A stretch of DNA of 64,000 nt from Syntrophorhabdales bacterium (GTDB lineage Bacteria > Desulfobacterota > Syntrophorhabdia > Syntrophorhabdales > WCHB1-27): NCBI GenBank assembly GCA_050012495.1, contig JBEKHB010000001.1:11304-75303 (forward strand), read 5' to 3'. The position numbers and the translations under genes are program-made. Of the stretch, positions 27,951-36,234 are shown one piece after another. How positions within the stretch are numbered: position 1 is the first letter of the stretch; each line of letters starts with the position of its first letter. A model generated the notes under the pieces. It searched no databases, was not told where the DNA came from, and saw only the letters and a program-made list of their open reading frames with translations.

Positions 27951-28841
27951 TCACCAGAAGCTTTCGGGTACGACGATCGTGTCGCCCGGTTCGATGAGGT
28001 TTTCCATAGTGAGGTAGAGGTCCACCTTCTTACCGTCCTTCTCCCTTACCGTCTTTGCCTTTCTTTTGGCAGCCTTTTCTGTAAAACCACCCGCCGTGCT
28101 GATGGCGTGCAGGACGGTCATCCCCTTCATGAAGGTGTACTGGCCCGGCCGCTTCACTTCTCCCGTCACGTAGAATACCTTGATCTTCGGTACAAAAATG
28201 GTATCGAGGTTAAGCACCTGGATGTTCTGGCTCCTCTCACCTTCGAGGACGTCCCTGAGCCTGACTTTGATAAGCTCGGAGGGATCGGCCTGATCAGGCA
28301 GAAGCGGGGTTTGCACTCCGACTTTTTCCTTGGGCCTGACGATCATGATCTCCTGGTCCGCTTCCGGCTTTACCCCACCCGCCATGGCTATGGCCTCCAC
28401 AAGGAGGGTCTTTCTTGTCAAAGGATATGCCCCGGGGGAGTTAACCTCTCCTATGACAAAGATCTTCTGGCTCCTGTACTCGGTCACTTGCACGCTTACC
28501 TGGGGGTCCACGATGTACCCGTCCGCGAGCATCTCCCTCAGCTTCTTTTCTACCTGAAGCTGACTGAGGCCCGTGACCCGAAGCTCTCCGATAAGGGGAA
28601 AACTTATTTTTCCCTCTATGTTGATCCGCGCTTTCCTTGTCAGATCGGGATGATCCCAGACCGTGATCGAAATCTCGTCTTCGGGGCCTAGCACATAATC
28701 GGCATCGGCGAACACGGCGGAGGGGAGGAGAGAACAGAGAAGGAGAGCCGCGAGGGCGACGCAGGAGGCGCGAAGCACGAAGACAGATAACGAATGACGA
28801 ACGACGCATAACGGGTTCTTGCTATTCATGCACTTATTCAC
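27951..28841 (-). CDS. wza: Polysaccharide export protein (Poly_export + SLBB)
   Basis: DYVLGPEDEISITVW, GKISFPLIG, VIGEV..PG, two SLBB repeats, ends VPESFW. Confidence 0.92.
   Translation of the reverse strand: MNKCMNSKNPLCVVRHSLSVFVLRASCVALAALLLCSLLPSAVFADADYVLGPEDEISITVWDHPDLTRKARINIEGKISFPLIGELRVTGLSQLQVEKKLREMLADGYIVDPQVSVQVTEYRSQKIFVIGEVNSPGAYPLTRKTLLVEAIAMAGGVKPEADQEIMIVRPKEKVGVQTPLLPDQADPSELIKVRLRDVLEGERSQNIQVLNLDTIFVPKIKVFYVTGEVKRPGQYTFMKGMTVLHAISTAGGFTEKAAKRKAKTVREKDGKKVDLYLTMENLIEPGDTIVVPESFW
28761..28814. repeat. Degenerate heptamer array in the Wza N-terminal region
   Basis: ataacga atgacga acgacgc ataacgg (28787-28814), preceded by gcgcgaa gcacgaa. Confidence 0.5.
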
Positions 28842-28892
28842 CTGTTGTGGTATGTGAGCCAGGGCCCGAAAGGCCGGGTGCCGGTCTTTGCC

Positions 28893-30080
28893 TTAGGGAG
28901 TAAGGATAATCTTGAACATTATGCGGTGGTCGGTATAGGAGTACTGATCAAAGGTGGAATGTGCATCCCTGTACTGGTATTCGAGCCTGGCCTGAAGCCA
29001 TTTTTGTATGTTGTAAAAGGCTGCGGCTCCGCCGCTCCATATCTCGTCGCTGCGCTTTTTCAGCGCACCTGTGACAGGCTCTGTCAGGTTGTCGATATAG
29101 GCGCGTTCCTGATAGGAGATTGCTGCCGTGGCGCCTATCTTGCCCGTGAAGAAATGCTGAAGGGTAAGGGTCATCAACGTGTTGACATAGGAAGCGTTGA
29201 GCAGCATGGTATCATCCGCAAGGGCGCGAAGGGCGTCAAGGGTCAGGCTTGTCCTCGCGTCAAGGTCGTCAACGAGCTGGCCGGCCATGATCCAGTTGCG
29301 GGGACTGTTATCCCTGCCCGCCACGGTCGTGTCAAACTCCTTCCAGCCGTAGCCTACCTTGAAATTCCCCTTCAGCTTTCCCGCAGGGTCAAAGGCAACA
29401 CCCAGATAGGCCAACCGGTCCTTGTGATCTGCAAGACGGTCGGAGACGAAGTCCTTGGCGGCGTAGTCGTACTCGACCAATCCCGACATGCGTGGGAGGA
29501 AACGATAATAGAGGCTTGCACCGACGAGATTATTCGTATATTCCGCGTACCGGTCGCGATACTCGTCGAAGGCCAGATCCTCGCGGTTATACTTCGCCTC
29601 GATCTTCCACCTGTCCGCAAAGCTGTAAGCGGCAGCGGCGTTAAGGAAATTATCATGGAAAGGCATCTGGTGCGTCATTAGCTGGATACGTTCGATGGTG
29701 CTTTTTGTAAAGTTGTCTCCCAGGGTAAACTCCAGGCCGCCCGGCGCAACGAGATGGAGAAGCCCGTTGGCCCGGTGATCCTGGTAATTGTTCGCCGAGT
29801 ACTTGGCGAAGTCGACGAACCCCACCTTGTAGCCGAGGTCGAACGAGCTCTGCCCGAAGAGGTACTTGAGGCCCATACCGGGGGTGACCGTGGTGACGTA
29901 GTCCGACTTCTTGTCCGATTGCGTCAGAAAGAGATTGCTCCTGAACATTTCCTGGAGGTCAAGCTCGGGCAGAAGGGTAAAGTGTCCGTATTCTATTGCG
30001 GCGCCGGCCGGCCTCAGGAGCGAAATCGATAACGCGCAGATGAGCAGCCCCAAAGCAAGGATTCTTTTCAGCCGGCCCAT
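28893..30080 (-). CDS. Outer-membrane beta-barrel for EPS export (BBP2-like)
   Basis: Signal peptide, alternating amphipathic strands, N-terminal SN.F...KKSDYVTTVTPG. Adjacent to wza. AAGGAG RBS. Confidence 0.8.
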   Translation of the reverse strand: MGRLKRILALGLLICALSISLLRPAGAAIEYGHFTLLPELDLQEMFRSNLFLTQSDKKSDYVTTVTPGMGLKYLFGQSSFDLGYKVGFVDFAKYSANNYQDHRANGLLHLVAPGGLEFTLGDNFTKSTIERIQLMTHQMPFHDNFLNAAAAYSFADRWKIEAKYNREDLAFDEYRDRYAEYTNNLVGASLYYRFLPRMSGLVEYDYAAKDFVSDRLADHKDRLAYLGVAFDPAGKLKGNFKVGYGWKEFDTTVAGRDNSPRNWIMAGQLVDDLDARTSLTLDALRALADDTMLLNASYVNTLMTLTLQHFFTGKIGATAAISYQERAYIDNLTEPVTGALKKRSDEIWSGGAAAFYNIQKWLQARLEYQYRDAHSTFDQYSYTDHRIMFKIILTP

Positions 30081-30110
30081 GTTATGCTCCTTTATAAAAC
30101 TCACTGAACT

Positions 30111-30674
30111 TTACCTGGAGGGACTTGCCACGCCACCGCCGCCGGTTGCTCCGATGCCTGCGGTGCCGAACGTTGTTCCACCCGGACCCACTCCGCCGGG
30201 GGCCGGTCCTGCCGGAGCCGTAGTGGCGACCAGAATTGCCATATCCACGGTAGACCGGGAGATGCCATCATTCAGGGCAGCTGTTCGCAGATTATTGAGG
30301 AGACCCACATTACCGCTGACCGCAGTCGCGGCACCGGTGATTACGGAACCGGGGTTGACCCCCGGAATGCCCAGGGCGGCTTTGAGGACGTCGATCGCCC
30401 GGTCCGGCTTTGCCTTCACGGCCGCATGGACGATGCTGTACGCCGACGTTGCTTTCACGGCTATCGCTTCACGGATTACCGGGATACAATCAGCGCCGGC
30501 GGCTATGCATTGGGTAACGATATCCTCTATGGTCACGTTGGCCGTCAGGGCGTTACGTATTACCTGGGACAGGGGCATGCCCGTCGCCATATCGCTTCTG
30601 ACATCAGCTCTCGCGTGTGCATGGATCGAGACAAGGAAGATAAGAAAAAAAAGTGCGAATGATAGTTTTTTCAC
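30111..30674 (-). CDS. Secreted helical protein with Gly/Thr/Pro tail ending GGGGVASPSR
   Basis: AGGAGG RBS plus GTG start, signal peptide VKKLSFALFFLIFLVSIHAHARA, Ala-rich helical repeats, low-complexity tail. Confidence 0.75.
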   Translation of the reverse strand: MKKLSFALFFLIFLVSIHAHARADVRSDMATGMPLSQVIRNALTANVTIEDIVTQCIAAGADCIPVIREAIAVKATSAYSIVHAAVKAKPDRAIDVLKAALGIPGVNPGSVITGAATAVSGNVGLLNNLRTAALNDGISRSTVDMAILVATTAPAGPAPGGVGPGGTTFGTAGIGATGGGGVASPSR

Positions 30675-30861
30675 GGTACCTACCCTCCTCGTAGGGAATA
30701 TCGCGCCAAAAAACACCATCCGGGAATGAAGCCGGCCATGCTGACCGGTCAAACCGGAACTTCCCTCACAGCCTGAGGCGACATGCCCGCCCTTGCCAAC
30801 AGGTAATGGCTCCCGATTGTCCTGGATAGCGGGCTCCACACGTTTATCGGCCGGAAAGAGC

Positions 30862-31053
30862 CTAGTTCCCGTAGACCAGTTTCACGATCGAATCCCGGTA
30901 TATCCGCAAAGACCCCTTGACCTTGATGCCTTTAATTGTCCCCAGCCGATGCCAACGATATACTGTCTTGAGAGAAACGCTGAGGAATGAGGCAACGTCA
31001 TTTGGTCTCAAAAGAGTTTTATCGGGTAGATCCCGATACTTCACGTTATCCAC
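30862..31053 (-). CDS. Excisionase/BldC-like HTH_17 DNA-binding protein (paralog 1)
   Basis: LLRPNDVASFLSVSLKTVYRW...GSLRI. GGAGG RBS. Confidence 0.85.
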   Translation of the reverse strand: MDNVKYRDLPDKTLLRPNDVASFLSVSLKTVYRWHRLGTIKGIKVKGSLRIYRDSIVKLVYGN

Positions 31054-31087
31054 GACACCTCCGAAGCCATTGTGTTAAACTCGTCAG

Positions 31088-31519
31088 TCATCGCTCGTCA
31101 CTTCCTGCGGCGGCAAGTGGGCTCGCTTGTTCCGCGACCTTCGCTCCACATGTCGAGGCGGCAATGAGATGCAGCAGACTTTCGGGATCAAAAGGCTTGA
31201 AAAGGAAGGCGCAAGCGCCCCTCTGAATCGCATCCTCTCTCACATGAACGTTTGCTGTACCACTCATCATGATTACAGGGATATCCAGGTTCTCTCTCCT
31301 GATGTCTTCGAGTACTCCAAACCCGTCAGGAGCCACGCCCAAGTCCACATCCAACACCACCGCACTGAACGCCATCAGCCGGAATTTGTCGATCGCTTCC
31401 CGGCCGTTCGATGCCACTACTGATTTGAGGCCGGCGGCTGTCAGCCAGGAAGAAAGCAGGTCAGCAACCAGATTGTCGTCGTCTACCAGCAATATTAGTG
31501 ACTCGTTGTTCTCCCCCAC
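31088..31519 (-). CDS. Stand-alone response regulator receiver (CheY-like)
   Basis: ILLVDDD, VVLDVDL (phospho-Asp), IPVIMMSG, FLFKPF. GGGGAG RBS before GTG 31519. Confidence 0.88.
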   Translation of the reverse strand: MGENNESLILLVDDDNLVADLLSSWLTAAGLKSVVASNGREAIDKFRLMAFSAVVLDVDLGVAPDGFGVLEDIRRENLDIPVIMMSGTANVHVREDAIQRGACAFLFKPFDPESLLHLIAASTCGAKVAEQASPLAAAGSDER

Positions 31520-31727
31520 AATATCTCCCCAGGATGCCGTCTTGAACGGCGTATTTTCCACCCATCGCAAATCGAGGCCACTCTCTTCTTCGATGAAGTC
31601 CCGGAAACGGGACGCTGTTGCCACTGGTTCGGAAGTGCCGCGGATACCATAGCCATGCAAGGCACATCGGCCAACCGGCTTTTAGACAGGTGATACCGGA
31701 GGCAATGACATGAGTCCGGATGGTGGG

Positions 31728-31739
31728 CAAACTACCGCC
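31728..31739 (-). promoter_or_regulatory. ops-like pause element GGCGGTAGTTTG
   Basis: Exact match to the GGCGGTAGnnTG consensus. Intergenic and oriented toward the left EPS cluster. Confidence 0.7.
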
Positions 31740-31786
31740 TGGGATAGCTTATCAACGGTCCATAAACGCCAGGGCTGCCACAGTTG

Positions 31787-32020
31787 CTATCTTTCGGCAC
31801 CGGACCTTTGCAATAGAGTCAGGATCGAGCCACGGGTTATTCGAAGGGACTTGTTGATCCTGACCCCCTCGATCAAACCAAGCTCAAACCAACGGTAAAC
31901 AGTCCTCTCGGAGACACGCAAAAACGACGCCACTTCGCTGGGCCTTAACATGGTTCTCGGCGGCAATTCTGCTTTCACGTTCAGCTCTTTCACGCTGTCT
32001 TTTTCCTCTGAACCGAGCAT
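31787..32020 (-). CDS. Excisionase/BldC-like HTH_17 protein (paralog 2)
   Basis: MLRPSEVASFLRVSERTVYRW...KSLRI. Confidence 0.85.
   Translation of the reverse strand: MLGSEEKDSVKELNVKAELPPRTMLRPSEVASFLRVSERTVYRWFELGLIEGVRINKSLRITRGSILTLLQRSGAER
31917..31932 (-). promoter_or_regulatory. Possible sigma-54 -24/-12 element (inside HTH paralog 2)
   Basis: TGGCGTCGTTTTTGCG = GG-N10-GC. Lies between the box at 32096-32112 and the ops site at 31739, but is within coding sequence. Confidence 0.35.
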
Positions 32021-32095
32021 ATTATTCACCGATATAGGGAATGATACCATCCGGCGAAAAACCGTGTCTAAGACGCATGGCGGCAATGTCGCTAC

Positions 32096-32112
32096 TGTCT
32101 GAAAAGTTTACA
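32096..32112 (-). promoter_or_regulatory. YGTAAA-N7-GACR box (putative enhancer)
   Basis: Minus strand TGTAAACTTTTCAGACA. Intergenic. Confidence 0.55.
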
Positions 32113-32366
32113 AAAATCCGCGATGGGTACGAGACAGCCTATAAAGAGATTCTATGCGCAGTAGTCATCACCCCGGTCACAATAGAGCAATTGCGAAAGG
32201 CTCACCCGGCGCGAAAAACCGATGAGGGACGATCCAGGCATCCCCACATCACTTCGTTTTCGTTGATTTCTCGCAGGGGAAACTTCGAGTGTCTGCCTCT
32301 TCTTTAGATGGCTACAGCACGGAGATGCATGATTAAAGAAGCCACGGACCGACCCGCCGCCTTCTC

Positions 32367-32588
32367 TTATCCGAGTCCCACGTTCTTTCCACAAGACAAA
32401 AAGTCGACGACGGAGGTGCGCAACACCCTGACGGACCTGTTTAACTTGACGCTTTCCATCAGTCCCATGTCACACCAACGATAGACAGTCTTGGCTGACA
32501 CGCCTAGATAGGCGGCCACCTCCGCAGCCTTCAACAATCTTTTCCTTGGCATATCATCCAGCATAATTTCGTTATTCTCGTTTGCCAT
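32367..32588 (-). CDS. Excisionase/BldC-like HTH_17 protein (paralog 3)
   Basis: LLKAAEVAAYLGVSAKTVYRW...RSVRV. GGGGGAGG RBS with TTG start. Confidence 0.85.
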   Translation of the reverse strand: MANENNEIMLDDMPRKRLLKAAEVAAYLGVSAKTVYRWCDMGLMESVKLNRSVRVLRTSVVDFLSCGKNVGLG

Positions 32589-32974
32589 TGCCTCCCCCCT
32601 ATGGTCACTCTAAGACTGATTTCCAGCCGCATCGTGTGTCTTTCAACATTCCCAGGGTCTTTGCAAACAGGCATCAGGCTGATAGCCTTTCAACAACGCT
32701 ATCACAATTCGGACATCTAGTGAAGGGCTTTTACGACGTCCTCCTTGTGTCCCTCCAACCCCCTTCTGACCTCCCGCACTTTGTCCCGGCCGAACAAGAT
32801 TTTGCCTCCCTTTCATATAGACTCCCCGGCGCACGGAATTCTTCCCTTAATTTCGCTCCATCTTCTGAAAATCGACAAGCCGATGCCATATCCTTCGCTG
32901 CCACCCACGCCCAACGGGTGCGGGGCCCGACCCGCAAGCGTGTACCCCGAAAATTCAACGTTGTCTTTATGCCG

Positions 32975-32991
32975 CGTCAACATGTTTTACA
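32975..32991 (-). promoter_or_regulatory. YGTAAA-N7-GACR box
   Basis: Minus strand TGTAAAACATGTTGACG. Confidence 0.5.
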
Positions 32992-33112
32992 GAGTCAACG
33001 ATGCCGCCAGGAACTGTGGCGGCCTGGAATTTCTTCCATGAAATCGTTGAGGTAGTAATCACGGAAACCCCCGGTATTGCGTTCAGGCTATCACACCCGC
33101 TCCCGCTGTAAG

Positions 33113-33129
33113 TGTAAACTGCGTCGACA
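33113..33129 (+). promoter_or_regulatory. YGTAAA-N7-GACR box
   Basis: TGTAAACTGCGTCGACA (TGT-N11-ACA). Confidence 0.55.
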
Positions 33130-33240
33130 TGTCTATCACTATCCTGCGCTCCCATCATAAAAGAACTGCTGTCCGGCCCCCTTGCTCGGACTCACCTTGA
33201 GTGGAGTAGCGCGGCCCGCCTCATTTCAGAGGGTGATGTA

Positions 33241-33257
33241 TGTAAAGGACCGGGACA
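33241..33257 (+). promoter_or_regulatory. YGTAAA-N7-GACR box (enhancer of promoter 1)
   Basis: TGTAAAGGACCGGGACA, 134 bp upstream of the sigma-54 element. Confidence 0.65.
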
Positions 33258-33374
33258 CTGCGCACGAAGTTGCCGGGCCTTTTCCGGAACCTGTTTCCCG
33301 CACCGGGCCGCCGCTCTCCGTGATTTCAACCACTTGGACGAGTGGGCACCTCATGTGTGCGAGAACCTGCCATG

Positions 33375-33390
33375 TGGCATGCTTATTGTA
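33375..33390 (+). promoter_or_regulatory. Sigma-54 -24/-12 promoter 1
   Basis: TGGCATGCTTATTGTA. Near-consensus, with GT instead of GC at -12. Near-identical copy at 36219. Confidence 0.7.
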
Positions 33391-33598
33391 AACATCGGAT
33401 TCGAGCGCAAAGGCAGTCTGTCAAGGTCATTCATCGTGCTCCCTCTTTTTAGGTCCTGTAAGCGAAGGCAGTTGAGGCGCGGTAACTGGCGCCAATGAAG
33501 ACATCCGCGGAGGAAGTCAGTGCTTCAGCGGGAGGACCGGGGCATGCAGATGACATATCTGAAACGCGTGAACCACGCACCACGGGCATTCATCCGAT

Positions 33599-33610
33599 GG
33601 CGGTAGCCTA
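33599..33610 (+). promoter_or_regulatory. ops-like element GGCGGTAGCCTA
   Basis: One mismatch to GGCGGTAGnnTG. Ends ~35 nt before the first gene of the right cluster. Confidence 0.65.
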
Positions 33611-33644
33611 TCCGTAGTACGTCGTCTCCTTAAGGACTTAGCAT

Positions 33645-35078
33645 ATGGAGCCTACTATGCAGGCGGAATCTTCAAGTTTGGCGGTAAATCAGGGGAACCG
33701 CAGCGAGAACGAACTCGCACTGCAGGGTTTTCCCAGGCAGAAGTTGTTTCTTCTCGCGGGTGATATGGGCTCGATCCTGGCGGCAGGCCTCGTGACGTCC
33801 CTGAGCGCCGCGGGGTCCGTGCCGGCCATATCGTCGCTGCTGACAATTCTGGTGGTCTCGGTCATCTGTTATCCGGCTGCCCTCTATGTCTTTGACATGT
33901 ATAACGCGGAACGTTCTTTCCACCGCGGAGACATGGTAAAGCGATGCCTCTGCGCGATACTCCTGGGCGGCGCCGTTTCAGTCCTCTTTAGCGCGGTGGT
34001 CGGAGAACACGCCATCGCCAGGGGCCAGCCTCTCCATATGGCCATGTTGTTGGCCCTCTTCGCCGGTTGCCGCTACGCCTACTCAACGCTTTCGCAAACC
34101 ACCCTCGTAAAAAAACCTGTGCTGATCGTAGGCGCGGGCGATACCGGCCTGGCCATCTATAATATCCTCCGCTCCCCGGCCTCGCCTTATACCGTGAAAG
34201 GGTTCGTGGATGACGACGGAGCGTCAGCAGCCTGGGCCTACCCCAAAATAGTAGGCACCACCGACCGTGTGACAGAGCTTGCCGGCAACGTCGGGGCCGC
34301 TTCCGTGATACTTGCCATTCCCGGAGACCGCTCAGCCCGGCTCACCCGGCGCATCCTTCAGGCACGGCTGCAGGGGACAGTAATTGAAGAGATGGCAGAC
34401 GTGTATGAGCGACTTACCGGCAGGGTCCCCGTGGAGCACATCCAGGACGAGTGGCTCATGTCCGCTGAAGGGTTCGACATCCTCCATAAAGCCTGCCTCC
34501 GTCATGTCAAGCGTTTTTTGGACCTGGTGATATCGGGCTTCCTGCTTCTCCTTACCTTCCCGGTGATCCTGGTTGCCGGCCTCCTGGTCCATGTAGATTC
34601 GACGGGTCCCGTCTTTTATACCCAGGAGCGTGTGGGAAAAAACGGAAAGGTATTTAAGGTTTTCAAGTTTCGCTCCATGAGAGTGGACGCCGAGAGCCAG
34701 GGCGCCCAATGGGCCGCCGGTGACGATCCCAGGGTCACCCGCGTAGGGAAATGGCTGCGCCTCTACCGCATAGACGAGCTGCCGCAGTTGTGGAACGTGG
34801 TCAGGGGCGACATGAGCGTGGTAGGCCCTAGGCCGGAACGACCTGAGTTCGTGCACTTCCTGGAGCAGAGGATCCCCTACTATAGCCTTCGGCATTATGT
34901 CACACCGGGGATCACGGGTTGGGCGCAAGTGAGCTTCAGATACGCATCATCGGTAGAGGACGCGCTGAACAAGCTTGAGGCGGACGTCTACTACATAAAG
35001 AACATGTCACTTCTCCTCGACCTCAAGATCCTGCTAAAAACTATAGGGGTGGTCTTCCTTGCACAAGGGTCACGTTAA
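33645..35078 (+). CDS. Initiating polyprenyl-phosphate sugar transferase (WcaJ/PEP-CTERM-system type)
   Basis: N-terminal TMs, YERLTGRVP, FKFRSM, RIDELPQL, GPRPERP, PGITGWAQV. Confidence 0.93.
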   Translation: MEPTMQAESSSLAVNQGNRSENELALQGFPRQKLFLLAGDMGSILAAGLVTSLSAAGSVPAISSLLTILVVSVICYPAALYVFDMYNAERSFHRGDMVKRCLCAILLGGAVSVLFSAVVGEHAIARGQPLHMAMLLALFAGCRYAYSTLSQTTLVKKPVLIVGAGDTGLAIYNILRSPASPYTVKGFVDDDGASAAWAYPKIVGTTDRVTELAGNVGAASVILAIPGDRSARLTRRILQARLQGTVIEEMADVYERLTGRVPVEHIQDEWLMSAEGFDILHKACLRHVKRFLDLVISGFLLLLTFPVILVAGLLVHVDSTGPVFYTQERVGKNGKVFKVFKFRSMRVDAESQGAQWAAGDDPRVTRVGKWLRLYRIDELPQLWNVVRGDMSVVGPRPERPEFVHFLEQRIPYYSLRHYVTPGITGWAQVSFRYASSVEDALNKLEADVYYIKNMSLLLDLKILLKTIGVVFLAQGSR

Positions 35079-35097
35079 GCCGGAAAGTGTAGTGCCC

Positions 35098-35985
35098 ATG
35101 TCGGAGCATGAAAGCCCCGTGGTTCGCCTCGTGAAAAACACTACAAGCCCCATCGTGATGACCGTCGACCTTGAGGACTGGTTCCAGGTCGAAAACGCGA
35201 GGTCCGCTTATCCGGTCGCCACATGGGACTCTTGTGACCTCCGTGTAAATCTTTATACAAAAATCCTCCTCGATATCTTTGACTATTACAATATCCACTG
35301 CACCTTTTTTGTCCTTGGCTGGCTGGCCGAAAGATGCAAGGGCGTCGTCCTGGATATCCAGGCCAGGGGCCATGAGCTGGCATCCCATGGATATGGTCAC
35401 CAGCTTACGTATGAGCTGTCGAGGGAAAAACTCCGGGAAGACCTCTATAGAAGCAAGAGTCTCCTCGAAGACATCACGGGCATGCGCGTTCTTGGCTACC
35501 GCGCCCCCAGCTTCTCGATCACCGACAGGGTCCTTGAAGTCCTGAGAGAACTCGACTACGTCTACGACTCCAGCTACAACAATGCGGCCGTCAACAAACG
35601 CTACGGGAAAATCGAGGGGCAATGGCACGCATCGTCGACAGGCCACCTGATGGCGCGGAACGGAATTTTAGAGCTGCCCGTCAGCAACCTGAATATCGAC
35701 AGGCTTGCCTTGCCCTGGGGCGGCGGGGGTTACTTCAGGTTCTGGCCTTTCCCCCTTTTTAAGTGGGGGGTCAAGCGTATCCTGAGCACCCAGGGCAGTT
35801 ACCTCTTTTACTTTCACCCCTGGGAGCTCGACTCTGTTCAGCCAAAGATCAAAAATATCGGCATCACAAAAAGGTTTCGCCACCGCGTAAATCTTGTCAA
35901 CACATTTCATCGCATCAATCTGTTTTTCTCTGCGTTCAAACATTGCCGGTTCATTTCATGTACCTCCTTCATTGAAAATGGATAG
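35098..35985 (+). CDS. Polysaccharide deacetylase, DUF3473 / PEP-CTERM-locus type
   Basis: MTVDLEDWFQV, TFFVLGW, GHELASHGYGH, GYRAPSFSI, GGGGYFR, FYFHPWELD. Confidence 0.92.
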   Translation: MSEHESPVVRLVKNTTSPIVMTVDLEDWFQVENARSAYPVATWDSCDLRVNLYTKILLDIFDYYNIHCTFFVLGWLAERCKGVVLDIQARGHELASHGYGHQLTYELSREKLREDLYRSKSLLEDITGMRVLGYRAPSFSITDRVLEVLRELDYVYDSSYNNAAVNKRYGKIEGQWHASSTGHLMARNGILELPVSNLNIDRLALPWGGGGYFRFWPFPLFKWGVKRILSTQGSYLFYFHPWELDSVQPKIKNIGITKRFRHRVNLVNTFHRINLFFSAFKHCRFISCTSFIENG

Positions 35986-36085
35986 ACAAGAAGGTCTGGG
36001 GGAAGCGCAGGAGACGCGCGCAACCTCGGGTGCATATACCGGCAAAAAGGAGCGAATTCGTTCGCTCTCTTCGATCCCATGGCGT

Positions 36086-36102
36086 CGTAAAGGAATCGGA
36101 CA
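36086..36102 (+). promoter_or_regulatory. YGTAAA-N7-GACR box (enhancer of promoter 2)
   Basis: CGTAAAGGAATCGGACA followed by ctg, as at 33241. 133 bp upstream of the sigma-54 element. Confidence 0.65.
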
Positions 36103-36218
36103 CTGTAAAAGAAACCGTCGCATCTTTTTTTACGGTCGGACTTCCGGCAGGACCGCTCACCTCATGTGATATCGGATACTTAGAAACACAGCAGGCGGCA
36201 TCTTTGACAGCCGGCGCC

Positions 36219-36234
36219 TGGCACATTTATTGTA
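36219..36234 (+). promoter_or_regulatory. Sigma-54 -24/-12 promoter 2
   Basis: TGGCACATTTATTGTA. Confidence 0.72.

Noticed and set aside
30862-32588. Prophage or ICE suggested by excisionase-like genes
   Set aside because: No integrase, tRNA target, att repeats, or phage/conjugation genes in the window.
32874-32888. Minus-strand TGGCATCGGCTTGTC as sigma-54 promoter for HTH paralog 3
   Set aside because: The -24/-12 spacing is one base short of the strict requirement.
32643-33391. Small ORFs in the divergent control region
   Set aside because: No motifs or convincing RBS, and they overlap the putative enhancer and promoter elements.
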